From positions 83,198-147,197 of the forward strand of contig CAZCAO010000001.1 of assembly GCA_964496815.1 (NCBI GenBank): a stretch of DNA of 64,000 nucleotides, in the 5' to 3' direction. How positions within the stretch are numbered: the stretch's first letter is position 1; each line of letters begins with the position of its first letter. The notes below the pieces were generated by a model. The model did no database searches and had not been told where the DNA came from. It saw only the letters and a list, made by a program, of their open reading frames with translations. The stretch comes from an uncultured Candidatus Saccharibacteria bacterium. GTDB lineage: Bacteria > Patescibacteriota > Saccharimonadia > CAILAD01 > JADZBC01. A program made the position numbers and the translations under genes. Of this stretch, positions 1-9,454 are shown piece after piece.

Positions 1-1
1 C

Positions 2-157
2 TCGCTCATCGCGTTGCTGGAACCGGACGTCGAGGACCCGATCGCCACGGTGCGCGCGCGTCACTGCGAGCATGCCGTGGAGTCCCGAGCACAGGCGGAG
101 GCCATCTTCGCACTGCTCGACCTACCAACCCCAGAGCTGTACACGCAGCTCTACTAG
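2..157 (+). CDS. 3' end of a GC-rich hypothetical CDS entering from the left edge (partial)
   Basis: Open frame from pos 2 to TAG 155-157 (...EPDVEDPIATVRARHCEHAVESRAQAEAIFALLDLPTPELYTQLY*). Third codon positions are mostly G/C. Absent from the ORF track because the start lies outside the window. Confidence 0.4.
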   Translation, partial: SLIALLEPDVEDPIATVRARHCEHAVESRAQAEAIFALLDLPTPELYTQLY

Positions 158-173
158 GCCGAAAGGGGCCGAC

Positions 174-536
174 ATGCGAAAGCAGGACAAGCAGAAGTGG
201 TACATGGGGGGGACGGAGGGCACCGGGGAGTACCTGGTGATCGCTCGAGCCCTCTACCGCGGCAGGATCGGCGTTCGCCTCCTGTCGTGCGGGAACGTGC
301 GCATCCGCGTCGAGCCCGTCAACACAGCCGCTGCCGAGCGGCTGAGCGAGCACTTCCCGGTCGGGGAGTGGAAGCAGCCCGACCTCGGTCAGCTGCGGTT
401 CTCGCGGGTGCTCAACGCCAGCGAGGCCATCCCGGTGATCGAGGCGGCCATCGCGGCGCTCGACACCAGGGGCCTGGAGTCCAACTCCAAGGCCCGCACC
501 TGGCGCAGCAAGCTCCGCAAGCACGCGGGCGGCTGA
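174..536 (+). CDS. hypothetical protein, GC-rich (120 aa)
   Basis: Internal ATG 174 of ORF 72..536, preceded by gaaagggg (161-168). It follows the stop of the previous frame. Strong G/C third-position bias. No recognisable motif. Confidence 0.5.
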   Translation: MRKQDKQKWYMGGTEGTGEYLVIARALYRGRIGVRLLSCGNVRIRVEPVNTAAAERLSEHFPVGEWKQPDLGQLRFSRVLNASEAIPVIEAAIAALDTRGLESNSKARTWRSKLRKHAGG

Positions 537-592
537 GGCCAGAACGCATCCGGGTGCGTATAAGGTGATGGTTGGGCCCGGACTCCCAGCCA

Positions 593-621
593 TTGACAGA
601 GTGAGAATCACGTGCTAAAGT
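593..621 (+). promoter_or_regulatory. sigma70-type promoter TTGACA-17-TAAAGT
   Basis: TTGACA at 593-598, 17-nt spacer, TAAAGT at 616-621. Same architecture as the other promoters in the window. Confidence 0.5.
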
Positions 622-627
622 AATGCT

Positions 628-1186
628 CTCGGTCGAACCCTCAAGGAGCTACCGTGAGCTAAAGCAAGTGCACCTCAAAACTCAGTAATGTGACTTGGTT
701 ATTTGGTTGGTGCCTACATGAGCACCCCGGGTTTCTCCCGCCGGTTAGCAGGGGTATGAGTCTAAACAAAAAAAAAGCGGCCAGAGGATGCGTAAATTTA
801 TTGCAGAATCTGGCAACGGCACCTACGCGCCGAGCGGTTATATAAAAAATTGTATAACCCGAGTGTAGTCTGAGTTCAGCCCCCCGTCCGGGTTGATCCA
901 GGAAAAACGCCATGTGGCACCCCAGCGGGGGTACCTCGGAGAATGCGGCCTAGCAAACCGCTGCGCTGACGGAGCGCCAGAGCATTGCCCACGAGCGGGG
1001 TGGTGCGAGCTACTACGGAACAGGGCAGCAGCCCTAGGCGACGGCAAGGCCCTCCAGGAGCTCCGGCTTCTGAGGGACGGCTATCGCGACAATCGGTCCG
1101 GAGCTCACTAACACAATCTTTTGTACAATGTGCAGAAGAGGCCCCTTCCGGACGCTACGGCGTCTGGGAGGGGCTCTTTTTCGTTT
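628..1186 (+). ncRNA. candidate ~0.55-kb structured non-coding transcript (unclassified)
   Basis: Bounded by the promoter at 593-621 and the terminator at 1137-1186. Only short ORFs without RBS. Hairpins: 709-713/722-726, 836-842/853-859, 945-948/958-961, 963-967/973-977, 1022-1026/1031-1035, 1058-1066/1098-1106. Confidence 0.35.
1137..1186 (+). terminator. intrinsic terminator (long imperfect GC stem plus T-run)
   Basis: agaggccccttccggacgc-tacg-gcgtctgggaggggctct followed by ttttcgttt. Confidence 0.7.
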
Positions 1187-1201
1187 CAGGTATGGGATCA
1201 A

Positions 1202-1230
1202 TTGACCATTAGCCTCGAATCTGTTAAAAT
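1202..1230 (+). promoter_or_regulatory. rpsB promoter TTGACC-17-TAAAAT
   Basis: TTGACC at 1202-1207, 17-nt spacer, TAAAAT at 1225-1230, about 80 nt upstream of the rpsB start. Confidence 0.5.
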
Positions 1231-1312
1231 CATTCGGTAATAATTAATTCACACACCGACACATTCATCCTGTCACGCAAGTGATACGTCGGTGCCAGGC
1301 ATAAGGAGAAAT

Positions 1313-2095
1313 ATGACCGAAAAAACAACTGCCGCAAAGGCAACTACAAAAACTGACCCAATTCTGCAGGAATTGCTTGAATCTGGTGCGCACTTTGGCC
1401 ACCGCACAAGCCGATGGAATCCTAAAATGGGTGAATATATATTTGGCGCGCGAGGCGGAGTTCACATTATAGACCTTACATTGACTGCTGAAGGCCTCAA
1501 GGCTGCAGTAGACTTCGTGGAATCAATTACCCAGAAGGGTAAGCAGATTTTGTTTGTCGGCACTAAACGCCAGGCCAAAGGTATTATCGAGGCAGCCGCT
1601 AAGGAATCAGGTATGCCGTATGTAACACAGCGTTGGTTGGGTGGTATGTTGACTAATCTAGACACCATTAACACTCGTATTAACCGCTTAAAGCGCCTTG
1701 AAGCCCAGCAGCTTGATGGTAGCCTCGAGTCTTTAACTAAAAAAGAACGACTTGATATTAGTAATGAAATCGAGCGTTTGAACAAAATCTTCGGTGGAAT
1801 TCGCGAGATGCACGGATTGCCAGGTGCCATTTTCGTCATCGATGTGCCACGTGAGGAGATAGCCATCAAAGAGGCACGCAAGCTAGGCATCCCTGTAATT
1901 GCTATAACCGATACGAATGCCGACCCTGATTTAGCTGATTACGTTATACCCGCTAATGACGATGCTATTCGAGCGGTTAGCGTGATTAGCAACAAGATTG
2001 CTGCTGCGGCGAATCAAGGGGCATCGCTCTATAATGCCAAAACCAAGCAGGAAGAAGTCAAAGATAAGACCGAGGAGGAAGAAAGTGCCAATTAG
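1313..2095 (+). CDS. rpsB: 30S ribosomal protein S2
   Basis: AHFGHRTSRWNPKM uS2 motif. ATG 1313 is preceded by aaggag. The ORF-track start 1292 is probably too far upstream. Confidence 0.93.
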   Translation: MTEKTTAAKATTKTDPILQELLESGAHFGHRTSRWNPKMGEYIFGARGGVHIIDLTLTAEGLKAAVDFVESITQKGKQILFVGTKRQAKGIIEAAAKESGMPYVTQRWLGGMLTNLDTINTRINRLKRLEAQQLDGSLESLTKKERLDISNEIERLNKIFGGIREMHGLPGAIFVIDVPREEIAIKEARKLGIPVIAITDTNADPDLADYVIPANDDAIRAVSVISNKIAAAANQGASLYNAKTKQEEVKDKTEEEESAN

Positions 2096-2678
2096 TATTG
2101 ATGACATCAAAAAGCTCCGTCAAATGACCGGTGCAGGCATGATGGATGCCAAAAACGTACTCGAAGAAGCCAAGGGTGACATGGAGAAGGCAATAGAGCT
2201 AATGCGCGTAAAGGGCATGGCTAAGGCCGATAAGAAAGCTGATCGTGCAACCGAAAACGGACTCGTGGAAGCATATGTACACGGCGGTAAGATTGGCGTG
2301 CTTGTAGAGGTTGCCTGTGAGACTGATTTCGTGGCACGCACTGAGGAGTTCAAGGGCTTTGTACATGATCTAGCCATCCAAGTGGCTGCTAGCGCGCCGC
2401 TGTATTTGGATCGTAGCGCCGTTCCTGCAGAAGTTAGTGAAAAGGAAGCCAAGCTCTTTACCGACGAAGTCGTGGCTGGCGGCAAACCGGCCGAACATGC
2501 CGCCAAGATCGTGGAAGGTAAAATGAATAAGTATTATGCAGGTGTTTGCTTGATGGAGCAGCCGTTCGTCAAGGATCCAGACCGCAGTATTGAAACAATG
2601 CTTAAGGAGCTGATTGGTAAATTAGGCGAAAATATTGTCGTGCGTCGCTTTGCACGGATGGAATTGGGCGCTGAATAG
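2085..2678 (+). CDS. tsf: elongation factor Ts (short form)
   Basis: N-terminus IKKLRQMTGAGMMDAKNVLEE. GTG 2085 follows gaggagga and overlaps the rpsB stop. Classic rpsB-tsf pair. Confidence 0.9.
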   Translation: MPISIDDIKKLRQMTGAGMMDAKNVLEEAKGDMEKAIELMRVKGMAKADKKADRATENGLVEAYVHGGKIGVLVEVACETDFVARTEEFKGFVHDLAIQVAASAPLYLDRSAVPAEVSEKEAKLFTDEVVAGGKPAEHAAKIVEGKMNKYYAGVCLMEQPFVKDPDRSIETMLKELIGKLGENIVVRRFARMELGAE

Positions 2679-2696
2679 TTTTATAATCACAAGTAC

Positions 2697-3257
2697 ATGA
2701 TGGATACAATAATCTCTGCCGTAGAGGCAAAAATGCAAAAAGGATTAGCTTTCTTTCGCGAGGAGCTTGGCCATATACGTGGTGGGCGAGCTCAAGTGGG
2801 TTTAGTTGATTCTGTGAAGGTTGAAGTATATGGCCAGGAAATGACCCTAAAGCAAGTAGCAACCGTTTCAACCCCGGATGCCCGTACGATTATGATTCAG
2901 CCTTGGGATAAGGGTAATATGGCTAGTATCGAGAAGGCCATTCGTGAAAACCAAAGTCTTGGCCTAAACCCGTCAAACGACGGTAATGTGATTCGCTTGA
3001 ACGTACCCGCTCTGACCGAGGAGCGACGAGCTGAATTGGCAAAATCACTCAATGCAAAGCTCGAAGAATGCCACATTGCATTGCGCAGTGCACGCCATGA
3101 CGGTATGGACGAAGCCAAAAAGAAGAAAAACAACAAAGAGCTAACCGAAGACGATCTTTATGCTATCGAACAAGGTCTCAATAAGTTGATTGAAAAGTAC
3201 CAGTCGGAGGCCCAAAAAGAGCTTGCTGCCAAGCAAAAAGAAATCATGGAGGTCTAA
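2697..3257 (+). CDS. frr: ribosome recycling factor
   Basis: 186-aa RRF-like sequence (VKVEVYGQEMTLKQVATVSTPDARTIMIQPWD) in the tsf-frr-uppS order. Confidence 0.9.
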   Translation: MMDTIISAVEAKMQKGLAFFREELGHIRGGRAQVGLVDSVKVEVYGQEMTLKQVATVSTPDARTIMIQPWDKGNMASIEKAIRENQSLGLNPSNDGNVIRLNVPALTEERRAELAKSLNAKLEECHIALRSARHDGMDEAKKKKNNKELTEDDLYAIEQGLNKLIEKYQSEAQKELAAKQKEIMEV

Positions 3258-3967
3258 TGGCCGCTCACGCTTTGACCGAATCAACTAGCTTACCGCAACA
3301 TATTGCAATCATTCCCGACGGCAACCGCCGATGGGCTAAGCTTAACGGTGTATCTAGCTTAGAAGGCCATAAGCGTGGTGGCGATACAGCGAAGCAAATT
3401 TCTCGTGAGGTCTTTCGTGCTGGCATACCGTATATGTCGATCTATGCCTTTTCAACCGAGAATTGGAACAGGACAAGTGAAGAGGTGCAGTATCTGATGG
3501 ATTTATATTTGCGCCTCGCAGGTGTAGAGCTTAAAGATGCTATGGCCGACAATATCAAGATTATTGTATCGGGTTCAAAAGATAAATTGAGCAAAAAGAT
3601 TGCCGCTAGCCTAGATAAAATTCAACAAGAGACTTCTCAAAACACCGGCGGCACACTTAACATCTGTCTTAACTATGGCGGTCAGGATGAAATTATCCAT
3701 GCAGTGAAAGAAATTGTTGAGTCGGGTGTGGAGGCTCATAAGGTTAACGCCGAAATAATCAAAAATCACCTCTACACCGCCGATTTACCACCAGTTGATC
3801 TTGTTGTCCGTACCTCTGGAGAACAGAGGCTAAGTAACTTTTTGCTCTGGGACAGTGCCTACGCCGAACTTTCTTTCCCCGAAGTAATGTGGCCAGATTT
3901 TGATGAGATTGAGCTCACTAAAGTTCTGGAGGACTATGCTCATCGTCAACGAAGGTTTGGCAGCTAG
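3257..3967 (+). CDS. uppS: undecaprenyl diphosphate synthase
   Basis: HIAIIPDGNRRWA and RTSGEQRLSNFLLWDSAYAEL cis-prenyltransferase motifs. Confidence 0.92.
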   Translation: MAAHALTESTSLPQHIAIIPDGNRRWAKLNGVSSLEGHKRGGDTAKQISREVFRAGIPYMSIYAFSTENWNRTSEEVQYLMDLYLRLAGVELKDAMADNIKIIVSGSKDKLSKKIAASLDKIQQETSQNTGGTLNICLNYGGQDEIIHAVKEIVESGVEAHKVNAEIIKNHLYTADLPPVDLVVRTSGEQRLSNFLLWDSAYAELSFPEVMWPDFDEIELTKVLEDYAHRQRRFGS

Positions 3968-5049
3968 TGGTACTGACAATTCTATTTGTCCTTTTGACCT
4001 TCTCAGTACTTGTAATCGCGCATGAATTTGGCCACTTTATTGTGGCTCGGCGCAACGGTGTTCAAGTCGATGAGTTTGGCATTGGGTTCCCGCCAAAGAT
4101 CTGGGGCATGAAACGTGGCAAAACGCTCTACACAATCAACCTCCTGCCGCTCGGAGGCTTCGTTCGCCTCAAGGGCGAAGAAGGTGAATCAACCGCCAAA
4201 GACAGCTTTGGGGCACAGCGTGCCTGGGTGAAGGCCAAAATACTTTTGGCCGGCGTCACGGTTAACCTACTGATTGCCTATGTATTAATTACTACCCTGT
4301 TAATTGTAGGTATGCCACCACTCTTACCTCAAAAACTCCCAGTTGTACTCGGTATTCAGCCAGCTAGTTCCAGCAGTCAGTTAATGGTTGTGAACGTGGG
4401 GAAGAATAGTGTCGCTGCTACCGCCGGCATCAAAAGCGGAGACCGTATCATCGAGGTTAATGGAGATAAGGCCAGTACTCCAGAGGCGCTCAAGGCGAGC
4501 GTGGATAGACTCGCAGGAGATACGGCGACGATATTGATTACGCAAGGTGGTACTACTCGTACTCTTGATGTGGCGTTACCCGAGAAAACAGCAGACAAGG
4601 CGCTGTTGGGTGTTTCGACTGTGCCAGAAAGCTTGCAACGCTATCCATGGTATATCGCTCCGGTTGCTGGTGTAATGATAATTTTACAAATGATATGGGC
4701 CACGCTTGGTGCTTTTGGGGGTATGATCATTGGTCTATTTACGCGGGCAGAAGTTTCGCAAACTGTCACGGGCCCAATTGGCATAACCGCAATATTTAGT
4801 GAGGTGCTCAAATATGGCAAAAGTTACGTAATTGCCCTTATTGCCTCGGTCTCATTGTCTTTGGCAATTATTAATGCCCTGCCGCTACCGGCATTAGACG
4901 GCGGTCGATTGCTCGTCGTAGTGCTACAGAGATTCGGGCTTAAGATTACTGATCGAACCGAGGCCATCATTCATATGCTAGGCTTCGTAGCGTTAATCGG
5001 ATTGATGATTATCGTGTCAGCCGCTGACATTATTCGACTCAGCCGCTAG
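3967..5049 (+). CDS. rseP: site-2 (M50) zinc metalloprotease RseP family
   Basis: HEFGH zinc motif in TM1, a central PDZ-like segment, and NALPLPALDGG near the C-terminus. Confidence 0.88.
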   Translation: MVLTILFVLLTFSVLVIAHEFGHFIVARRNGVQVDEFGIGFPPKIWGMKRGKTLYTINLLPLGGFVRLKGEEGESTAKDSFGAQRAWVKAKILLAGVTVNLLIAYVLITTLLIVGMPPLLPQKLPVVLGIQPASSSSQLMVVNVGKNSVAATAGIKSGDRIIEVNGDKASTPEALKASVDRLAGDTATILITQGGTTRTLDVALPEKTADKALLGVSTVPESLQRYPWYIAPVAGVMIILQMIWATLGAFGGMIIGLFTRAEVSQTVTGPIGITAIFSEVLKYGKSYVIALIASVSLSLAIINALPLPALDGGRLLVVVLQRFGLKITDRTEAIIHMLGFVALIGLMIIVSAADIIRLSR

Positions 5050-5107
5050 CTAGATTCCCGGCGATATACCTTGCCGGTGGTACCTTGGGCTTGTTACACT
5101 GGTAGTA

Positions 5108-6166
5108 ATGGCATTTTGGAACAACTTTCTTGGCAAATTTTCTCACGATATTGGCATAGACCTCGGTACTGCTAATACACTCGTGTATGTACGTGGCAAA
5201 GGCATTATGATTAATGAGCCCTCTGTAGTTGCGATTAATAATAAGACGCGGCAAATTCTTGCAATTGGCGATGAGGCCAAACGAATGGTAGGTAAAACAC
5301 CAGCCAATATTGTCGCCACCCGTCCTCTGGTTGATGGTGTGGTAAGTGACTTTGAAATTACCGAGCAGATGCTGAAGTATTTTATTGAAAAAGTGCATAA
5401 GGAGAGCTTTGCACTTTTCCCACGGCCTCGCGTAGTTGTTGGTATTCCGTCAGGCGTCACAGAGGTTGAGAAGCGCGCAGTGGAGGACGCTGCCACCAAT
5501 GCAGGTGCACGACAGGCGTTCTTAATCGAAGAACCAATGGCCGCTGCGATTGGTTCTGGTTTGCCGGTGCACGATGCAGCAGGTAGTATGGTGGTCGATA
5601 TCGGAGGTGGCACCAGCGAAGTAGCAGTGATTAGTCTGGGCGGTATAGTTGCCTCACGTTCGATTCGCATCGCCGGTGATGAGTTGACCGAGGACATTAT
5701 AAGCTATGCCAAAGAAGAATTTAGCCTGCAAGTTGGTGAGCGTACGGCAGAGCGGATCAAAATTAGCATTGGTTCCGCCGGTAAAACCGGCGAGAGCCTC
5801 GAGGCGCCAATTCGTGGTCGCGATATTGTGACGGGCTTACCTAAGGAAGTGATTATTACATCTGATCAGGCCCGTGTGGCACTCTCAAAGAGTGTTCGGG
5901 CAATCGTGGACGCAGTAAAGCAGACTATCGAGGAGACACCACCTGAGCTTTTGGCTGACATTATGGATAAAGGCATTTATTTAGCGGGAGGGGGTGCTTT
6001 GTTACGTGGTTTGGACAAGTTGCTCGAACAGCAAACAAAGATGCCTGTACATATTGCTGATGACCCGCTTACTTCAGTTGTGCGGGGTACTGGCTTAGTG
6101 CTCGAAGATCTTGACCTGCTGCGTGACGTACTTGTATCTACTCAGTATGAAAAAGCTCCGCGTTAA
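5108..6166 (+). CDS. mreB: rod-shape protein MreB
   Basis: IGIDLGTANTLVY and DIGGGTSEVAVISLGG actin-fold motifs. Followed by mreC and mreD. Confidence 0.93.
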   Translation: MAFWNNFLGKFSHDIGIDLGTANTLVYVRGKGIMINEPSVVAINNKTRQILAIGDEAKRMVGKTPANIVATRPLVDGVVSDFEITEQMLKYFIEKVHKESFALFPRPRVVVGIPSGVTEVEKRAVEDAATNAGARQAFLIEEPMAAAIGSGLPVHDAAGSMVVDIGGGTSEVAVISLGGIVASRSIRIAGDELTEDIISYAKEEFSLQVGERTAERIKISIGSAGKTGESLEAPIRGRDIVTGLPKEVIITSDQARVALSKSVRAIVDAVKQTIEETPPELLADIMDKGIYLAGGGALLRGLDKLLEQQTKMPVHIADDPLTSVVRGTGLVLEDLDLLRDVLVSTQYEKAPR

Positions 6167-6971
6167 CACCCCTCCATCGAGCAAAGCACTGCGCACTACA
6201 GTAGTGTTCGTGGTTGGCTTGGCGATCGTCTTGACTCTGTTGCAGGGCATCGGTTTTTTGCGCCCAGTTGAGATTGTACTTGATCAAGTCTTCTTGCCAT
6301 TTCGTCGAGTTGTGTCGGGTATTGGAAACGGCATCTCTAATCAAGTAGGTACACTCGCTTCACTAGGCTCATTAGGGGAGAAGAACAAACAGCTAGAAAG
6401 CGAAGTCGCGGATTTACGTCGACAGCTTACTGCTATGCGCGAGGTGACGCGAGAGAACGAGTTGTTGCGCGGTCAGTTAGGCTTTAATTCACGGCAAGCC
6501 TTACAGCTCGAACCTGCACGCGTGGCAGGCTATGCCCCTGATAATGTGCGAGAATTTTTAACGATTGATGCCGGCAAGAATAGTGGCGTGGAGGTCGGCA
6601 TGGCAGTGGTTTCCAACGGAGCGCTCGTGGGTACAATAGATAAAGTATATGATTTTAGTTCGCGAGTTTTTCTCGTTAGCGATGTTGATTTTCGAATCCG
6701 AGCCCTGGGTCAGGATAACCGAGCTAACGGTATAGTGTCTGGCCAAATTGGTAGCGGTTATAGTATGGACAAGATTATTCAGGGTGAGACCATAAAGAAG
6801 GGCGAGAGTGTTATTACGGCTGGATCGGGCGTGGTGCCAAAGGGGCTTTTGATCGGTACCGTCGAATCAGTTGAGACTTCAGATAACGCCGTTTTTCAAC
6901 TAGCCAATATCCGTCCTGCAATCAATTTGAGTAAATTAGAACTTGTGTTTGTGGTTAAAGGTCAAAAGTAG
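6147..6971 (+). CDS. mreC: rod-shape protein MreC
   Basis: ATG 6147 (MKKLRVNTPP), N-terminal TM segment, coiled coil, beta-rich C-terminus. Position is between mreB and mreD. Confidence 0.8.
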   Translation: MKKLRVNTPPSSKALRTTVVFVVGLAIVLTLLQGIGFLRPVEIVLDQVFLPFRRVVSGIGNGISNQVGTLASLGSLGEKNKQLESEVADLRRQLTAMREVTRENELLRGQLGFNSRQALQLEPARVAGYAPDNVREFLTIDAGKNSGVEVGMAVVSNGALVGTIDKVYDFSSRVFLVSDVDFRIRALGQDNRANGIVSGQIGSGYSMDKIIQGETIKKGESVITAGSGVVPKGLLIGTVESVETSDNAVFQLANIRPAINLSKLELVFVVKGQK

Positions 6972-7459
6972 TGAAGACGCGCTGGATCGCATTATGGGGC
7001 GTTGCTGCGGTTGTCTTGCAGCTTATGTGGCCGCCTTCCAAATTATGGTATGGCGTTACACCAAACCTATTTTTGGTTTGTATAATTCTGCTCAGTGTCT
7101 ACGTTGAAGCACGTCGGCTCGTTTGGTTTGGATTTATCGGTGGATTTTTGTTTGACATGATGGGTGCCCAGCAATTTGGCTTTCATATGGCTTTCTATAT
7201 TCTCTTAGCTTTGGTGCTTAAATTCGTCTGGAAGCTAGATAAAGGGAACTTGCAGTCCGCATCATTATTGTTGGCGACGCTTGTCTTTACTTTGCTGTAT
7301 TATGCAGTTGCTTATGTGGCCTTTTTGGCGCCGCAGTACATCGCGCAGTGGCGATATATTGTGACGCGATTGTTAGTCGAGGCCGCCTATAACTCACTGC
7401 TCGTAGCTGTATCCATAAGCGTGATTCAGTTGCGACAACGTGGTATTATTAGTAGCTGA
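6971..7459 (+). CDS. mreD: rod-shape protein MreD
   Basis: 162-aa polytopic membrane protein directly after mreC, with stop/start overlap. Confidence 0.7.
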   Translation: MKTRWIALWGVAAVVLQLMWPPSKLWYGVTPNLFLVCIILLSVYVEARRLVWFGFIGGFLFDMMGAQQFGFHMAFYILLALVLKFVWKLDKGNLQSASLLLATLVFTLLYYAVAYVAFLAPQYIAQWRYIVTRLLVEAAYNSLLVAVSISVIQLRQRGIISS

Positions 7460-7476
7460 AGGCAGGAAGGGGGCGT

Positions 7477-9450
7477 GTGAATATATTTGGTGATTTCTAT
7501 AATCGCGCATATAGCTATAAGCAGTCTCGTCACGAGCAGCAAGTCGTACATAGCGAAGACTGGTCGGCAGCTGTATTAACTGGTAGCGAGCAAGCGGGAA
7601 AACTAGAGCAGCCTTTGTCGGGGCGCTATCTGCGATTCTTTTTGCTGTCAGGGGCTGTTGCGATGGCTATTTTGGCTGTACAGCTATTTTATGTACAAAT
7701 TACACGCGGCCAGCAAAACCTAGTCTTAGCAAACGGTAATAGAATTCGACAAACAACTGTGCGGGCACCACGCGGGGCGATATATGATCGAAATAAGCAA
7801 ATTCTGGCACGCAATCTTGCCAGCTTTGATTTAGTAGTTAATCCTTCGCAAATGCCACGTGACAAGGCTGAGCGAGGACAGGTTTATAGCGTCGTTGCTA
7901 GTCTCGTCGGTCAGTCTGTAGAGGAGGTTCAGAAAAAAGCCGAAGCAAAAGGCAAAAACTTTACTCAGAACATCCTCATAGCAAGCAACCTAGACCGAGA
8001 GACTGCACTCAACATTGAAGAAAAGTCGCGTCAGATGACAGGCTTTAATATAGACATTAATCCGTCTCGAGAGTACCTTGATTCTGGTTCCTTTGCTCAT
8101 TTTCTCGGTTACACCGGCAGAATCTCGGCCGAAGAATGGCGTTCTAATCCTTCATACCAGCCGACTGATTACATCGGCAAAAACGGTCTCGAACAGGCCT
8201 ATGAGGCCGAGCTGAAGGGTAAGGATGGGAAAAAGCAAGTAGAGGTTGATGCACAGGGCAGGCAGATTCGCGAACTCGCTGCTGTCCCGGCCGAACCTGG
8301 CAACAGCTTGGTATTGTCGGTTGACAGTGGGTTAGAAAAGAAGCTTGCACAGGAGCTGCAGGCAGGCGCCGAGCGCGCCGGTGCCAAACGTGCCGCAGCA
8401 GTAGCGATGGATCCCCGAAATGGTCAGATTCTGGCCGCAGTTAACTGGCCCAGCTATGATAACAACCTTTTTGCTAAAGGAATTAGCACAGCCGATTATC
8501 AAAAGCTATTAAATGACCCGGGGAACCCGTTGTTTAATAAGGTCGCCGGCGGTCGCTACCCGGTCGCGTCGACTATTAAGCCTTTTGTGTCGGTCGCGGC
8601 TCTCGAAGAGCAGATTATCAATGAAAGCACAACAATTAAAGACGAAGGCAAGATTGACGTCGTTAATAAATACAACTCCTCAATTGTCTACACCTATCGT
8701 GGTTGGGAAGCCGCTGGGCTCGGCCCCGTTAATGTCGTAAAAGCTATTGCGAAGAGTTCTGACGTGTTTTATTACATAGTCGGCGGTGGCTTTGAGAATT
8801 TCCGTGGTCTGGGCGTAGACAAGCTTCTGAGCTGGTATAAGAAGTTCGGCCTGGGGTCTAAGACAGGTATTGATTTAGCCAATGAGTCAGCTGGCTATTT
8901 GCCGAACCCAAGTGATAAAAAGGCTCAGACTGGTGAGCCCTGGTATGTGGGTGACACTTACAACATTTCAATTGGTCAGGGAAATTTGCAAGCTACCCCA
9001 TTGCAGCTTGTTACTGCTACCGCTGCGATTGGCAATGGCGGAACGCTATACAAGCCACGCTTGGCAAAAGAAGTTGTTAACCAGCAAGGCGAGCGAGTTC
9101 GCGAAATCAAACCAGAAGTGGTCGCTACTAACTTTATTAACCCCAAAAACCTAGCAGTTGTTCAACAGGGCATGCGCGAGGTGGTCTTGAGTGGAACGGC
9201 CTGCTGTCGCATGAAGTCGGAAGTGCCTGTTAGCGTAGCCGGCAAAACTGGTACAGCCGAAACGTCATCGGCCGGTCAGGATGGCAAAAACACCCGTACC
9301 AAGCCGCATGCCTGGTTTACATCCTACGCCCCAGCCGAAAATCCAGAGATCGCTATGGTTGTCCTGATTGAGTATGCCGGGGAGGGGGCAGAGTATGCTG
9401 CTCCAGTCACGCGTGAGACCCTAAAATGGTACTTTGGCGGCCGCCCATAG
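7477..9450 (+). CDS. mrdA: penicillin-binding protein 2 (class B transpeptidase)
   Basis: STIKPF (SxxK), SSD (SxN-like) and KTGTAE (KTG) motifs, N-terminal TM segment, position after mreBCD. Confidence 0.88.
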   Translation: MNIFGDFYNRAYSYKQSRHEQQVVHSEDWSAAVLTGSEQAGKLEQPLSGRYLRFFLLSGAVAMAILAVQLFYVQITRGQQNLVLANGNRIRQTTVRAPRGAIYDRNKQILARNLASFDLVVNPSQMPRDKAERGQVYSVVASLVGQSVEEVQKKAEAKGKNFTQNILIASNLDRETALNIEEKSRQMTGFNIDINPSREYLDSGSFAHFLGYTGRISAEEWRSNPSYQPTDYIGKNGLEQAYEAELKGKDGKKQVEVDAQGRQIRELAAVPAEPGNSLVLSVDSGLEKKLAQELQAGAERAGAKRAAAVAMDPRNGQILAAVNWPSYDNNLFAKGISTADYQKLLNDPGNPLFNKVAGGRYPVASTIKPFVSVAALEEQIINESTTIKDEGKIDVVNKYNSSIVYTYRGWEAAGLGPVNVVKAIAKSSDVFYYIVGGGFENFRGLGVDKLLSWYKKFGLGSKTGIDLANESAGYLPNPSDKKAQTGEPWYVGDTYNISIGQGNLQATPLQLVTATAAIGNGGTLYKPRLAKEVVNQQGERVREIKPEVVATNFINPKNLAVVQQGMREVVLSGTACCRMKSEVPVSVAGKTGTAETSSAGQDGKNTRTKPHAWFTSYAPAENPEIAMVVLIEYAGEGAEYAAPVTRETLKWYFGGRP

Positions 9451-9454
9451 AGTC

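Noticed and set aside
893-1111. 72-aa Cys-rich ORF (CX5C-X8-CX5C) inside the non-coding unit
   Set aside because: It has a TTG start with no SD sequence, only moderate third-position bias, and overlaps dense hairpins. It is kept as an alternative hypothesis and not annotated as a CDS.
628-1186. tmRNA, RNase P RNA or SRP RNA as the identity of the non-coding unit
   Set aside because: I found none of the expected hallmarks on either strand. These were a GGGG...UUCGAC 5' end and T-arm/ACCA 3' end with an Ala-rich tag, GAGGAAAGUCC or ACAGAA..CGGCUUA, and a GGAA-tetraloop domain IV. This was motif inspection by eye only, so cmscan is still needed.
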